DNA from: an uncultured bacterium
GTDB taxonomy: Bacteria; Patescibacteriota; Gracilibacteria; UBA1369; PNNO01
DNA: 32,000 bases
Assembly (NCBI GenBank): GCA_963704705.1
Contig: OY969931.1
Location: 300,001 to 332,000, forward strand
Reading direction: 5' to 3'
Below the pieces are notes generated by a model that was not told the origin of the DNA, did no database searches, and worked only from the letters and a program-made list of their open reading frames with translations. Each line of letters opens with the position of its first letter. Within the stretch, counting starts at the first letter, position 1. A program made the translations under genes and the position numbers. Positions 1-9,400 of this stretch are shown piece after piece.

Positions 1-24
1 TAAAGCCTTTAATGTATTATGGAA

Positions 25-73
25 ATCACTGAGTGATCTTGGATCACTTAGTAATTCAGGATTACCGAGTAAT
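25..73 (+). promoter_or_regulatory. Array of three 13-bp palindromic sites at 18-bp period, immediately upstream of recF
   Basis: ATCACTGAGTGAT (25-37), ATCACTTAGTAAT (43-55) and ATTACCGAGTAAT (61-73); starts 18 nt apart; all fit ATYACY-N-RGTRAT. Confidence 0.7.
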
Positions 74-79
74 TTAAGT

Positions 80-1165
80 ATGAAAATTAAATCCATAAAA
101 CTCGAAAATTTCAGAAACTATGAAAAGCTTGAACTTGAGCTTAATACCGATAAAAACGTTAATCTTTTCATTGGTGATAATGCTCAGGGTAAAACCAATT
201 TTCTGGAAGCAATAACGGTATTATCACTTGCTAAATCATTCAGGGCAAGCAAACACGAGGCAATGATTAAATGGGGAACTGATTATGCAAGAATTGTTGG
301 GAATTTTGATAACACTGAACTTGAATTTTTTGTGAGCAAACAGCCGAAACAATTGAAAAATCTCAAAAAAAATGGAGTTAATGTCGCTGTTAAAGATTTT
401 ATAGGGCAATTAAATATTGTTTTGTTTCATCCTGAAGATTTAAACATGCTTTATCTTTCACCGAGTCTTAGACGTCAATATATAAATACTGTTTTGTCGC
501 AGGTCGATCCCCTTTATTTTGATTCTCTCGTTCAATATAACCGATTATTAAAACAAAGGAATAAAGCGTTATTTTTAATCACAATTGGCAAAGCAAAACA
601 TACTGAACTTGATGCCTGGGATGAAAAATTGGCTGAATACGGCTCATATATTTATAAAAAAAGAATTGAATTTGTAGAATATTTTAATAAACCGTGCGCG
701 GATAATTATCATAAAATCTCTGATACAAAAGAAAAGATTAATCTTTCTTATACTTGTTCATTCAAAGCTCCGCATACTGAAAAGGACGATTATATGGATG
801 CACTTGAAGAAAATCGTGAGTCAGATATTACATATCAACAAACTAGAAAAGGCATTCATCGTGATGATATTGAGTTCTTTTTTAATGATAAAAATGTTAA
901 TGACTTTGCTTCCCGTGGTGAAATGAGGACTTTGCTTATTGCATTAAAGTTAACTGAAATGGCTTTTATTGAAGATCAAACCGGAAATAAGCCAATATTG
1001 CTGCTTGATGATGTCTTCTCGGAATTGGATAAAAAACGACAGAATTTTTTAATTGAGGCTGTTTCAACACATCAATCATTTATTACTGCAACCCATCACG
1101 AATTATCGTTTAAAATATCGGATATTTTTAATGTCAAAGCTTCCGAAATTCATAAGATCCAATAA
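80..1165 (+). CDS. recF: DNA replication/repair protein RecF
   Basis: 361 aa; N-terminal LENFRNYEKLEL, Walker A GDNAQGKTNFLEAI, C-terminal signature/Walker B region SRGEMRTLLIALKLTE...PILLLDDVFSELD. Confidence 0.96.
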   Translation: MKIKSIKLENFRNYEKLELELNTDKNVNLFIGDNAQGKTNFLEAITVLSLAKSFRASKHEAMIKWGTDYARIVGNFDNTELEFFVSKQPKQLKNLKKNGVNVAVKDFIGQLNIVLFHPEDLNMLYLSPSLRRQYINTVLSQVDPLYFDSLVQYNRLLKQRNKALFLITIGKAKHTELDAWDEKLAEYGSYIYKKRIEFVEYFNKPCADNYHKISDTKEKINLSYTCSFKAPHTEKDDYMDALEENRESDITYQQTRKGIHRDDIEFFFNDKNVNDFASRGEMRTLLIALKLTEMAFIEDQTGNKPILLLDDVFSELDKKRQNFLIEAVSTHQSFITATHHELSFKISDIFNVKASEIHKIQ

Positions 1166-1185
1166 GGTTTATTGATTACTGCTGT

Positions 1186-1214
1186 TTGCGAAAACCTTTA
1201 TTTTATGCTATAAT
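1186..1214 (+). promoter_or_regulatory. sigma70-like promoter for the prsW-like gene
   Basis: TTGCGA - 17 nt - TATAAT, with TGn extended -10. Confidence 0.7.
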
Positions 1215-1256
1215 TTAGAAAATACATATAAATATAAAAAATTGGAAGTTTATAAT

Positions 1257-2108
1257 ATGTCAAAAATCGGGATACTTGCAGTTTCTATTTTATTGGCATT
1301 TGTACCAATAATAATGTGGGGATGGCACTTTTTGAAAAAACATTCCGAAGTACGCAGAATGGTGATTTTGACTTTCATTGCGGGTGCTTTGTCTGTTACT
1401 CCGCTATTATTATATAAATTTTTGTGGAATTTCTTTCCATGGATTAATGCCTTTATTTGGACCAGAAATTTAAATGTGGATATTATTGGTTTATCTTCTG
1501 TCATGATTGTTCCTTTATCTGTTTTGGTAACTTTTTTATTGGTTGGTGTAATTGAAGAAGTTTCCAAGATTTCAGCAGTTAAATTCATGGATAAAGATAA
1601 ATTCAGAAATGTTGATGATGCTATTGAATTCGCGATTATAGCCGGACTTGGCTTTGCTTTCATTGAAAATGCGATTTATTTTTACAATATAATAATGAGC
1701 AGAGGTTTTGATGATTTTGTTTTCCCATTTGTGTTCAGATCTCTTTTTTCAACATTTGCTCATGTAATGTTTAGTGGAATTTTTGGATATTTTTATGGAG
1801 TTGCTCATTTTGCAGATCCGATACTTAAAAAAGAACTGCGTGAAAAACGGCATCCAATATTGCAATTTCTGCATAAATATATGCATATAAAACGCAGAGT
1901 CATGTTTCATGACGAAATGATCCTTGAAGGATTAATTGTCGCTGCAACTCTGCATGGATTTTTTAATATCATCCTTGAAATGGAATGGATATTTGCGATA
2001 GTGCCGTTCCTGTTCGGTGGTTACCTTACTTTGAGTTACTTATTGGAAAAGAAAGAGAATCTTATTAATTTAAAGAGGTTACTTCCTGTTCGAACTAGCG
2101 GCGATTAA
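1257..2108 (+). CDS. PrsW-like intramembrane metalloprotease family protein
   Basis: Multi-TM protein with EEVSK, GLGFAFIENAIYF, FAHVMFSGIFGY and HGFFNIILE motifs typical of PrsW/M82. The track start (1242) is TTG; ATG at 1257 looks more likely. Confidence 0.8.
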   Translation: MSKIGILAVSILLAFVPIIMWGWHFLKKHSEVRRMVILTFIAGALSVTPLLLYKFLWNFFPWINAFIWTRNLNVDIIGLSSVMIVPLSVLVTFLLVGVIEEVSKISAVKFMDKDKFRNVDDAIEFAIIAGLGFAFIENAIYFYNIIMSRGFDDFVFPFVFRSLFSTFAHVMFSGIFGYFYGVAHFADPILKKELREKRHPILQFLHKYMHIKRRVMFHDEMILEGLIVAATLHGFFNIILEMEWIFAIVPFLFGGYLTLSYLLEKKENLINLKRLLPVRTSGD

Positions 2109-2777
2109 TTTTAAAGCCATTTGGGGTTTATTGGTTATTACCCCGTAAATATTTTTATTTTTGATATATTTTATTATTTTTTCCGGATCATCAATTGTCC
2201 ATGTGAAAACCTTGATTTTGAGCATACTGGCGATTTTTGCGATTCCGAATTTAATGTAATTAAAATTAAGCATTAAGTATTTGGCTTTGCATTTGCGCAT
2301 TCTGAAGAAAAGCATAAGGTCTTTTAATATATTAAAGAATCCTCTTTTACCTATAATAAGCCCTGTTTTCATTTCAGGCGCCAATTTGTGGATTTTATAT
2401 AAAACATCATCCAAAAAAGAGACAATAATCACATTATCATTAAAATTTTCTTTTAATATATGAATTGCTTCTTTTTCGTAGCCCTTAGCCTTTATTTCAC
2501 AAAGCAGTTTGATTTTACCTTTTGTTAATTTAAGTGTGTCTTTGAATAAAGGTACCTCAATTCCGCTTAAATTGAGCAATTCTTTATATGTAATATCTTC
2601 AATCTTTTGTTTTTGGATATCAGGATCATGAAAACAAACTATCTGTTTGTCTTTAGTTTCTCGAATATCTAATTCAAAAAATGGACACTTAAGTTCGATG
2701 GCTTTGCCATAAGCTTTTAAAGTGTTTTCGTGGAAAAATTCTTTTCCGCCTCTATGTGCAACTATAATATTTGCCAT
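2079..2777 (-). CDS. Glycerophosphodiester phosphodiesterase family protein
   Basis: 232 aa; AHRGGKEFFHENTLKAYGKAIE and ELDIRETKDKQIVCFHDPDI are the GDPD HRG/EN/E-x-D signatures. Confidence 0.92.
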   Translation of the reverse strand: MANIIVAHRGGKEFFHENTLKAYGKAIELKCPFFELDIRETKDKQIVCFHDPDIQKQKIEDITYKELLNLSGIEVPLFKDTLKLTKGKIKLLCEIKAKGYEKEAIHILKENFNDNVIIVSFLDDVLYKIHKLAPEMKTGLIIGKRGFFNILKDLMLFFRMRKCKAKYLMLNFNYIKFGIAKIASMLKIKVFTWTIDDPEKIIKYIKNKNIYGVITNKPQMALKLIAASSNRK

Positions 2778-2786
2778 ACTTTACTG

Positions 2787-2816
2787 ATTTTAGCTTAAAA
2801 ATACTTGATTTACCAA
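2787..2816 (-). promoter_or_regulatory. Candidate promoter for the GDPD gene
   Basis: Minus strand TTGGTA - 18 nt - TAAAAT. Confidence 0.4.
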
Positions 2817-2831
2817 GATATTTGTGATATT

Positions 2832-2860
2832 TTGACAACTGCACTTTTTTCCAGTGTAAT
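2832..2860 (+). promoter_or_regulatory. sigma70-like promoter for uvrA
   Basis: Perfect TTGACA (2832-2837), 17-nt spacer, TGTAAT (2855-2860). Confidence 0.7.
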
Positions 2861-2876
2861 TAATTTACAAAGTTTT

Positions 2877-5762
2877 ATGGGATCCGGCAATATTGTTATT
2901 AAAGGCGCAAGAATCCACAATTTAAAAAATATCGATGTAGAGATACCTCGTGACAAACTTGTGGTTGTAACAGGTTTAAGTGGATCAGGCAAGTCATCTT
3001 TGGCTTTTGACACTATTTATGCTGAAGGTCAAAGAAGATATGTTGAAAGCTTATCTACTTATGCCAGACAATTTTTGCAATTAATGGAAAAACCTGATGT
3101 TGATTCAATTGACGGGCTTTCTCCTGCGATTTCTATTGATCAAAAGACAGCGCCCCGAAATCCGCGTTCAACTGTTGGAACAGTAACTGAAATTTTTGAT
3201 TTTTTAAGATTATTATTTGCAAAAGTTGGAACCCCACATTGTCCTAACTGCGGCGATAAAATCAATAGACAGTCGACATCTCAAATTGTCGAAACAATCG
3301 CTAAAATGCCTAAAGATAAACGAATTTTACTGCTTTCTCCTGTAGTCAGAGACAAAAAAGGGCGTCATCAAAAGGTATTTGAGCAAATTAAAAAAGATGG
3401 ATTTGTACGTGTGCGTGTTGATGGGGAAGTAATGAGTGTTTTGAATATCCCTGAACTTGATGAAAATATTAAACATTCAATTGAAATAGTGGTTGATCGT
3501 CTTGTTGTTAAAGATTTTGAGACAAAATATAAAAAATTATCATCAGGACAGAAAATTGAGCTTCCAAATCCTGACAGATCGCGTTTGGCTGATTCGATCG
3601 AGGTCGCCATTAAGGCCGGAAATGGCTTAATGATGGTGGTGGATCATGATTCAGGGAAAATTGATACATATTCTGAATTATTTGCCTGCACAAAATGTAA
3701 TATTAATATTCCTGAGATTTCTCCGCGAACATTCAGTTTTAACAGTCCGCATGGTGCCTGTGAAACTTGTCATGGACTTGGTACAAAGCTTGAAATTGAT
3801 CCTGAACTTGTTTTACCTAATAAAAGTTTAACTTTAGCTGAAGGTGCTATTAATCCATGGAGCGCTACAACATCACATTTAACCTGGTATAACAGAATAC
3901 TTGAGGCAGTTGCTAAAGCCTACAAATTCAGTATGGATGTTCCTGTGGGAGAATTAACCGAAGAGCAGATTGAATTAGTTTTATTTGGAACAGGTGACAG
4001 AAAATATAAGGTTCAAATAGACAGACATGACGAAGGGGCATTTTCAGGTGAATATAACACTACTTTTGAGGGTGTAATCCCGAATCTGGAGAGAAGATAT
4101 CGCGAAACAGACTCGGATTACATTAGAAAAAAGATAGAACACTATATGAGAATTTTAAAATGTCCGGATTGTAAAGGAAATCGGCTTAGACCAGAAGCTT
4201 TATCTGTTTTGATAGGAGAAAAATCAATTATTGAAGTAACAAAACTTTCAGTAAAAGAAGCTCTAAACTTTTTTCAAAATCTGAAATTAACTGAGATGGA
4301 ACAGGAAATCGCCAGACAAATTCTTAAAGAAATTATGAACAGAATTAGCTTTTTGGAAAATGTGGGTTTAAGCTATTTAACCTTAAACAGATCAGCAAAT
4401 ACGCTTTCAGGAGGTGAAGCTCAGAGAATCAGATTAGCAACTCAAATAGGATCGCGCCTCTCAGGCGTTTTATATGTTTTGGATGAACCAAGTATCGGAT
4501 TGCATCAAAACGACAACGATAAGCTAATTAAAACACTCATTTCTCTTCGCGATCTTGGAAATACCGTAATTGTGGTTGAACACGACATAGATACAATGCT
4601 CCATGCGGACTATTTGCTTGATATCGGACCTGGCGCAGGCAAAGAAGGCGGAGAAGTTGTTTCTCAGGGAACACCCGAAGAGGTAATGAAAGACCCTAAT
4701 TCTGTTACCGGCCAGTATTTATCAGGAAAAAAAGAAATTCCGGTTCCGAAAAAAAGACGTAAAGGAAACGGGAAAAAGCTTATAATAAAAGGCGCAAAAC
4801 AGCATAATCTTGATAATTTGGATGTTGAATTGCCTCTTGGTATGTTTATTGGAATTACAGGAGTTTCAGGATCTGGAAAATCTACTTTGATAAACGATAT
4901 TTTGGTAAAAGAAATGTCCAGGGTGATTTATGGTTCAAAACCATTACCAGGAAAGCACAATTCAATCGAGAATATTAAAGAAATCGACAAAATTATTAAT
5001 ATCGATCAATCACCGATTGGCCGAACACCGCGTTCAAATCCCGCAACTTACACAGGTGTTTTCACTGATATTCGTGATTTGTTTGCGCAAACTCCAGAAG
5101 CTAGAATGCGCGGTTATAAAGCAGGCCGATTCAGCTTTAATGTTAAAGGCGGCAGATGTGAAGCATGTGCCGGAGACGGAATGAAAAAGATAGAAATGCA
5201 CTTTTTGCCTGATTTATATGTAACTTGCGATGTTTGTAAGGGAAAAAGATACAATAATGAAGCTTTGGAAGTTAAATATCGAAGTAAAAACATTTCAGAA
5301 ATTTTAGATATGACAGTAAGCGAAGCTTTAGAGTTTTTTCAATCTATTCCTTCAATTAAAACCAAGCTTAAAACTTTAAAAGAAGTTGGACTTGGCTATA
5401 TTCACTTGGGTCAGCCGGCAACTACACTTTCGGGTGGTGAAGCTCAGCGTATAAAATTGGCTTCAGAGCTTTGCAAACGTTCAACTGGCAAAACTTTTTA
5501 TGTTTTGGACGAGCCAACAACTGGTTTGCACTTTGATGATGTGAAAAAGCTTCTCGACGTACTGCAACGGCTTGTAGAAAAGGGAAATACGGTTTTAACA
5601 ATCGAGCATAACCTTGACGTTATTAAATCTGTAGATCATGTGATTGATTTGGGGCCGGAAGGTGGTGATGAAGGCGGCAAAATCATTGCAACAGGTACAC
5701 CTGAAGAAGTCGCTAAGGTTAAAGGTTCATATACAGGGCAGTGGCTTAAGAAGTATTTATAA
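2877..5762 (+). CDS. uvrA: Excinuclease ABC subunit A
   Basis: [26 protein letters not shown], CxxC zinc modules, two LSGGEAQRI(R/K)LA signatures, [10 protein letters not shown]. The track start 2805 is TTG and lies 5' of the promoter; ATG at 2877 ([19 protein letters not shown]) is the sensible start. Confidence 0.97.
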   Translation: MGSGNIVIKGARIHNLKNIDVEIPRDKLVVVTGLSGSGKSSLAFDTIYAEGQRRYVESLSTYARQFLQLMEKPDVDSIDGLSPAISIDQKTAPRNPRSTVGTVTEIFDFLRLLFAKVGTPHCPNCGDKINRQSTSQIVETIAKMPKDKRILLLSPVVRDKKGRHQKVFEQIKKDGFVRVRVDGEVMSVLNIPELDENIKHSIEIVVDRLVVKDFETKYKKLSSGQKIELPNPDRSRLADSIEVAIKAGNGLMMVVDHDSGKIDTYSELFACTKCNINIPEISPRTFSFNSPHGACETCHGLGTKLEIDPELVLPNKSLTLAEGAINPWSATTSHLTWYNRILEAVAKAYKFSMDVPVGELTEEQIELVLFGTGDRKYKVQIDRHDEGAFSGEYNTTFEGVIPNLERRYRETDSDYIRKKIEHYMRILKCPDCKGNRLRPEALSVLIGEKSIIEVTKLSVKEALNFFQNLKLTEMEQEIARQILKEIMNRISFLENVGLSYLTLNRSANTLSGGEAQRIRLATQIGSRLSGVLYVLDEPSIGLHQNDNDKLIKTLISLRDLGNTVIVVEHDIDTMLHADYLLDIGPGAGKEGGEVVSQGTPEEVMKDPNSVTGQYLSGKKEIPVPKKRRKGNGKKLIIKGAKQHNLDNLDVELPLGMFIGITGVSGSGKSTLINDILVKEMSRVIYGSKPLPGKHNSIENIKEIDKIINIDQSPIGRTPRSNPATYTGVFTDIRDLFAQTPEARMRGYKAGRFSFNVKGGRCEACAGDGMKKIEMHFLPDLYVTCDVCKGKRYNNEALEVKYRSKNISEILDMTVSEALEFFQSIPSIKTKLKTLKEVGLGYIHLGQPATTLSGGEAQRIKLASELCKRSTGKTFYVLDEPTTGLHFDDVKKLLDVLQRLVEKGNTVLTIEHNLDVIKSVDHVIDLGPEGGDEGGKIIATGTPEEVAKVKGSYTGQWLKKYL

Positions 5763-6162
5763 ATTTGTTATTATAATCGAAACCGCTCCACCTAAGGTAA
5801 TTGTTTTTGAATTTATAAGTATGGAATATTTTGACATCCATCAAATCATATAGTCTGGTAGGATTACTATCCCCGGGGATGAGATTCTGGCGAAAAATTT
5901 AGACAAATCGCTGTCAAGTATCGAAGCCTTTGTTTCTTCTTTAAAGGCTTATTTAATAATAGATGGTCATTTTATCAATAAAATGTCTAATTTTGCTTAA
6001 ATCGCATAAAATTGCGCGAGATTGTGTAAAATTTAATAAAGTTTAATCAAATTGTGTGAAATTAAATTAAACTTGTCAAAATTGTTGAAATATTATTAAA
6101 GTTGTGTTATATATAATAACGCTATTTGAAATTTAGGCAGATTTAATTAGATAGTCTGAAAC

Positions 6163-6191
6163 TTGCTAAAGTTGCGTGAAAATGATAAAAT
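6163..6191 (+). promoter_or_regulatory. Candidate promoter for the HTH gene
   Basis: TTGCTA - 17 nt - TAAAAT with TGA extended -10; followed by inverted repeat AAGGTT-TAAT-AACCTT at 6198-6213. Confidence 0.5.
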
Positions 6192-6239
6192 TTTAATAAG
6201 GTTTAATAACCTTTATCAAAATTATATAAAATAAAATAA

Positions 6240-6533
6240 GTGGTATCTGAAAAGTTATTAACTACGGAGCAAGTTGCAGGAATATTGCAAGTTCACCCAT
6301 TCACTGTCCTGAAGTATATTAAGACAGGAAAAATTAAAGCGATTAAGCTTGGACGTGTATGGCGAATTAGAGAAAGTGATGTTGAGGGGTTCCTCGAAGA
6401 AAGATCCATGGCTTCTAAAGAACCGAAAGATACACCAACCATATCTCAGAAAACATCAACCGAAATAAAAGAAATTGATTTAGACGAAAACCTTCTGCCA
6501 AACGATAAAAGCGACCATTATATTCTTGAATAG
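6240..6533 (+). CDS. Excisionase/MerR-type helix-turn-helix DNA-binding protein
   Basis: 97 aa (GTG start); LLTTEQVAGILQVHPFTVLKYIKTGKIKAIKLGRVWRIRESDVEGFLEE. Confidence 0.88.
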   Translation: MVSEKLLTTEQVAGILQVHPFTVLKYIKTGKIKAIKLGRVWRIRESDVEGFLEERSMASKEPKDTPTISQKTSTEIKEIDLDENLLPNDKSDHYILE

Positions 6534-6546
6534 AATAACGCTTACT

Positions 6547-6717
6547 ATGATCTTTAATTGTATTAGTTGCGGTAAGGCCGTTTCGAGCCTTCGTGATGTT
6601 TGCCCTTACTGTAAATCAGACATTACAGAAATAAACGAAAAATTAAACCAGCCTCAAAAAGACGATTTCTTTAAAAGTAAAATTAAAGGAACGATACTAG
6701 CGCTGGTGCAACGTTAA
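6547..6717 (+). CDS. Small zinc-ribbon protein
   Basis: FNCISCGKAVSSLRDVCPYCKSD: two CxxC knuckles. Track start 6526 is TTG; ATG at 6547 gives 56 aa. Confidence 0.6.
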   Translation: MIFNCISCGKAVSSLRDVCPYCKSDITEINEKLNQPQKDDFFKSKIKGTILALVQR

Positions 6718-6766
6718 CTTAAAAATTCGATCTCCTTTTAAATACAAGCCCTAGAAAAGCCTTAGC

Positions 6767-6801
6767 AAAAAACTCCCTTATAATTTCCCCGGGAGTCTTT
6801 T
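6767..6801 (-). terminator. Intrinsic terminator, probably shared by the convergent transcription units
   Basis: ACTCCC (6772-6777) pairs with GGGAGT (6791-6796), 13-nt loop; the minus-strand transcript then runs into U's, the plus-strand transcript into CTTTT. Confidence 0.5.
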
Positions 6802-6847
6802 GCATAAAGCCGGCTAAAGCTTTAGTATGTTAATCTATCGAATTTCG

Positions 6848-7879
6848 TTATTGGCATTGGCGTTCACTGGATTTTTTAGTGCATGTTTTTAGTTTTGATA
6901 AAGGTTCGAATGTAGCATTTACTATATCGATAATTTCCTGAATTTTTTTGTCATATTCAGATGCCACAGTATCATTGCCTTTTTTATATTTGGCTTCGTA
7001 TTCGGCACGAACAGAGGCTGAATCTATTTTTCTGACATACTCTTCAGAGGTATCAACAATTTTTGATTGAATATCTACAATCGTAGGTTCACCAGAACCT
7101 GATTTTTCACCTTCTTTATATAACTCATTTACTATCTGATCAGGGGTTTTGATAGAAGGAATGTTATTTAAACGCATATTTTCAATTCCTTTAACAAAGC
7201 CCTCCATTGCTTTACTTGGAGTTGAAATAGCTTTGCCCCAGTTATCTTTAACTGATTTAGCCTGATCTCCCAGAGATTTGATGTTTTTTACAAAACTGTC
7301 CCATTTTTTCTTTAGTTCTTCAAAATCCGCATCTTTGCATTGACCATATCTGGCTCCGATTTTATCTTTGTATTTTGCTTTGAATTTATCGAATAAAGTT
7401 TTTAATTCCTCATCAGTGAAATCAGTATTATCTAAAACAAATGCCGATCTCATCATGCTATATACTTTTTCATCCGGAATTGTCTGAATTTCACTAACCG
7501 GAATATCAATAAAGTTTCTGACATAGAATAGCTCAGCCTTTGTTTCATTATATTTTACTTCCAGTGTTACTCCCTGCTCTGCATTACACTTTAAGAATGC
7601 GTCTTTTATTTGTTTGCTGATTGCATCAAGCTGTTTGATTAATTGGCTAATATCATTGTAATGACAGATATTCTTGCTGTATCTGTCGAATAAATCCTTC
7701 CAATACTCTGAAAAATCATTATACGAAAGCTGGGAGGTAACAAAGTTCTGCCAATTATCAAAACAGGTTTGATTTACTTCAAGGTTTTCCAGGTTATCGC
7801 CGTAGGCAGGGGAGATTGTTAGCCCAATTAAGGCTAATGCAAGTATTGATGTCCAAATTTTAGTGAATAGATTTTTCAT
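6848..7879 (-). CDS. Secreted helical protein of unknown function, last gene of the giant-protein operon
   Basis: 343 aa; signal peptide MKNLFTKIWTSILALALIGLTISPAYG; Cys-containing; ends ...SERQCQ; starts 7 nt after the preceding gene. Confidence 0.8.
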   Translation of the reverse strand: MKNLFTKIWTSILALALIGLTISPAYGDNLENLEVNQTCFDNWQNFVTSQLSYNDFSEYWKDLFDRYSKNICHYNDISQLIKQLDAISKQIKDAFLKCNAEQGVTLEVKYNETKAELFYVRNFIDIPVSEIQTIPDEKVYSMMRSAFVLDNTDFTDEELKTLFDKFKAKYKDKIGARYGQCKDADFEELKKKWDSFVKNIKSLGDQAKSVKDNWGKAISTPSKAMEGFVKGIENMRLNNIPSIKTPDQIVNELYKEGEKSGSGEPTIVDIQSKIVDTSEEYVRKIDSASVRAEYEAKYKKGNDTVASEYDKKIQEIIDIVNATFEPLSKLKTCTKKSSERQCQ

Positions 7880-7886
7880 AAATATG

Positions 7887-9395
7887 TTAAGTACAGTAAG
7901 GAGTATTTGCGAAGTTATTGCAGGCTTCGACCATTTTATCCATTAATTCTTTGATTGATTTAAAATAAATTTTCCATGCATCAAGTTCTTCAATTAAAGT
8001 TTGATATTGTTTGTTTTGAAGTTCGGTTTGCAGAGTTTTAGTACCTGCAACCTGAGACTGAACTGATTCTGCTGTTTTTCCCTGAATTATTTGCGTTGCT
8101 TTATTAATAACCTCCTGAAGAGATCCGTCCGGGCTTGCATTGCTTATAGCTTTACTTGTAGCTCTGTCTTCAACATTTTGATCCGAACCGGTATTAGTGC
8201 CTGTATCAAAATAGTAAGGATTATATTTCTCAAGGAGTGTTTGCCATTCTTTTTCAATATTTAACTTAACGTACATATCGGTATTTGCCTGTTTTGGAGG
8301 AGGAACCGCCATTGTAATAACATTCATATTTGCACCAATATTTGTGAATGAAGACTTACATTTAGGCATTTCAAACAGATTTCCCGAAACTTTGTTTGCT
8401 GTAAGTGGTTTGCTCAGCATCTTATCAAGTTCTTTGTTCATGTTTTGTATATGGCAGAAAATACAATTATCTGTTTTTGAATATACTTTTGAAGCTCCAA
8501 AATCGAATTTTACTTCAATACAGAAGAAAGCCCCATCCGGACATAAATATTTAGCTGGCCAGTCATCAGGCTTTGCCAATGGAAAGCCTGAATCATCAAA
8601 AGTAATACCTGCGTCCTGTTGATTTTCCTGTCCCGCGCCTGCATTTTGTTGATTTTGTTGGTTTTCTTCAAATGCATTTAATGCATTTTCAAGATTATTT
8701 TCATCCGCAAGACAGCTAAGTGCGCTAAATTCATCCTGAATCTCAGTTGTTTGAGTTGGAGTTGTTGATGATGATGGAGTTGTTGTTTGATCTCTACCAA
8801 ATAAGTCGTCGATTACAGCTGCTTCTTCAGGGTCTGTAAAATCAAAATCAGGTGTTTGGAATTTGCCTCCAAACGAGCTTATTGATCCTTCATTAAACAG
8901 AATTACCTCTATTACAGTCAAATCATATAAAATATCAAAGTCTGAGTTTGAAGTATCGCCATCTTTGAATATTTCCGTTGGGCTAACCTTATTAACAAGA
9001 TCACTTCTTAAGTTCTCTGTATCAAGTTTAGTATAATATTCCTGATACATTACTTGATATTTAGTTGTAAGATCCTGGATTCCTTCATCTTTGTTTTTAC
9101 TTAGAATCGGAGATAGATCGCCTTGTGTAATTACTTTATCTACATCATCACTAGATAATTTAAGTTTTTTACCTGCTTCTTTGGCAGCTTTTTTGGCAGG
9201 ATCCACTCCAACTTTTTGATAAATATCCAAATATAAATTCTGAGCAACCGCTTCTTTTGTTGCTTTTTTAGCTTGTGTAATTAATTCATCAATACTTGCA
9301 GGGTTTGAATTGCTTGCAGCATAAGTTGTACTTAGTGCAGCTCCTGCAATAAATAATGTTATAAAAGCCAATATGTAGATAATGATTTTTTTCAT
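7887..9395 (-). CDS. Secreted protein of unknown function with N/Q-rich linker and CxxCH motif
   Basis: Hydrophobic signal MKKIIIYILAFITLFIAGAALSTTYA; linker EENQQNQQNAGAGQENQQDAG; NCIFCH; ends ...NTPYCT. Track start is 9410 (ATG); ATG at 9395 directly begins the signal peptide. Confidence 0.8.
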   Translation of the reverse strand: MKKIIIYILAFITLFIAGAALSTTYAASNSNPASIDELITQAKKATKEAVAQNLYLDIYQKVGVDPAKKAAKEAGKKLKLSSDDVDKVITQGDLSPILSKNKDEGIQDLTTKYQVMYQEYYTKLDTENLRSDLVNKVSPTEIFKDGDTSNSDFDILYDLTVIEVILFNEGSISSFGGKFQTPDFDFTDPEEAAVIDDLFGRDQTTTPSSSTTPTQTTEIQDEFSALSCLADENNLENALNAFEENQQNQQNAGAGQENQQDAGITFDDSGFPLAKPDDWPAKYLCPDGAFFCIEVKFDFGASKVYSKTDNCIFCHIQNMNKELDKMLSKPLTANKVSGNLFEMPKCKSSFTNIGANMNVITMAVPPPKQANTDMYVKLNIEKEWQTLLEKYNPYYFDTGTNTGSDQNVEDRATSKAISNASPDGSLQEVINKATQIIQGKTAESVQSQVAGTKTLQTELQNKQYQTLIEELDAWKIYFKSIKELMDKMVEACNNFANTPYCT

Positions 9396-9400
9396 AGTTA

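Noticed and set aside
2805-2876. Upstream TTG start for uvrA
   Set aside because: The extension [24 protein letters not shown] is not UvrA-like and covers a TTGACA/TGTAAT promoter.
6814-6825. Perfect palindrome CTAAAGCTTTAG in the convergent intergenic region
   Set aside because: Isolated, AT-rich and without context; likely part of an AT-rich spacer.
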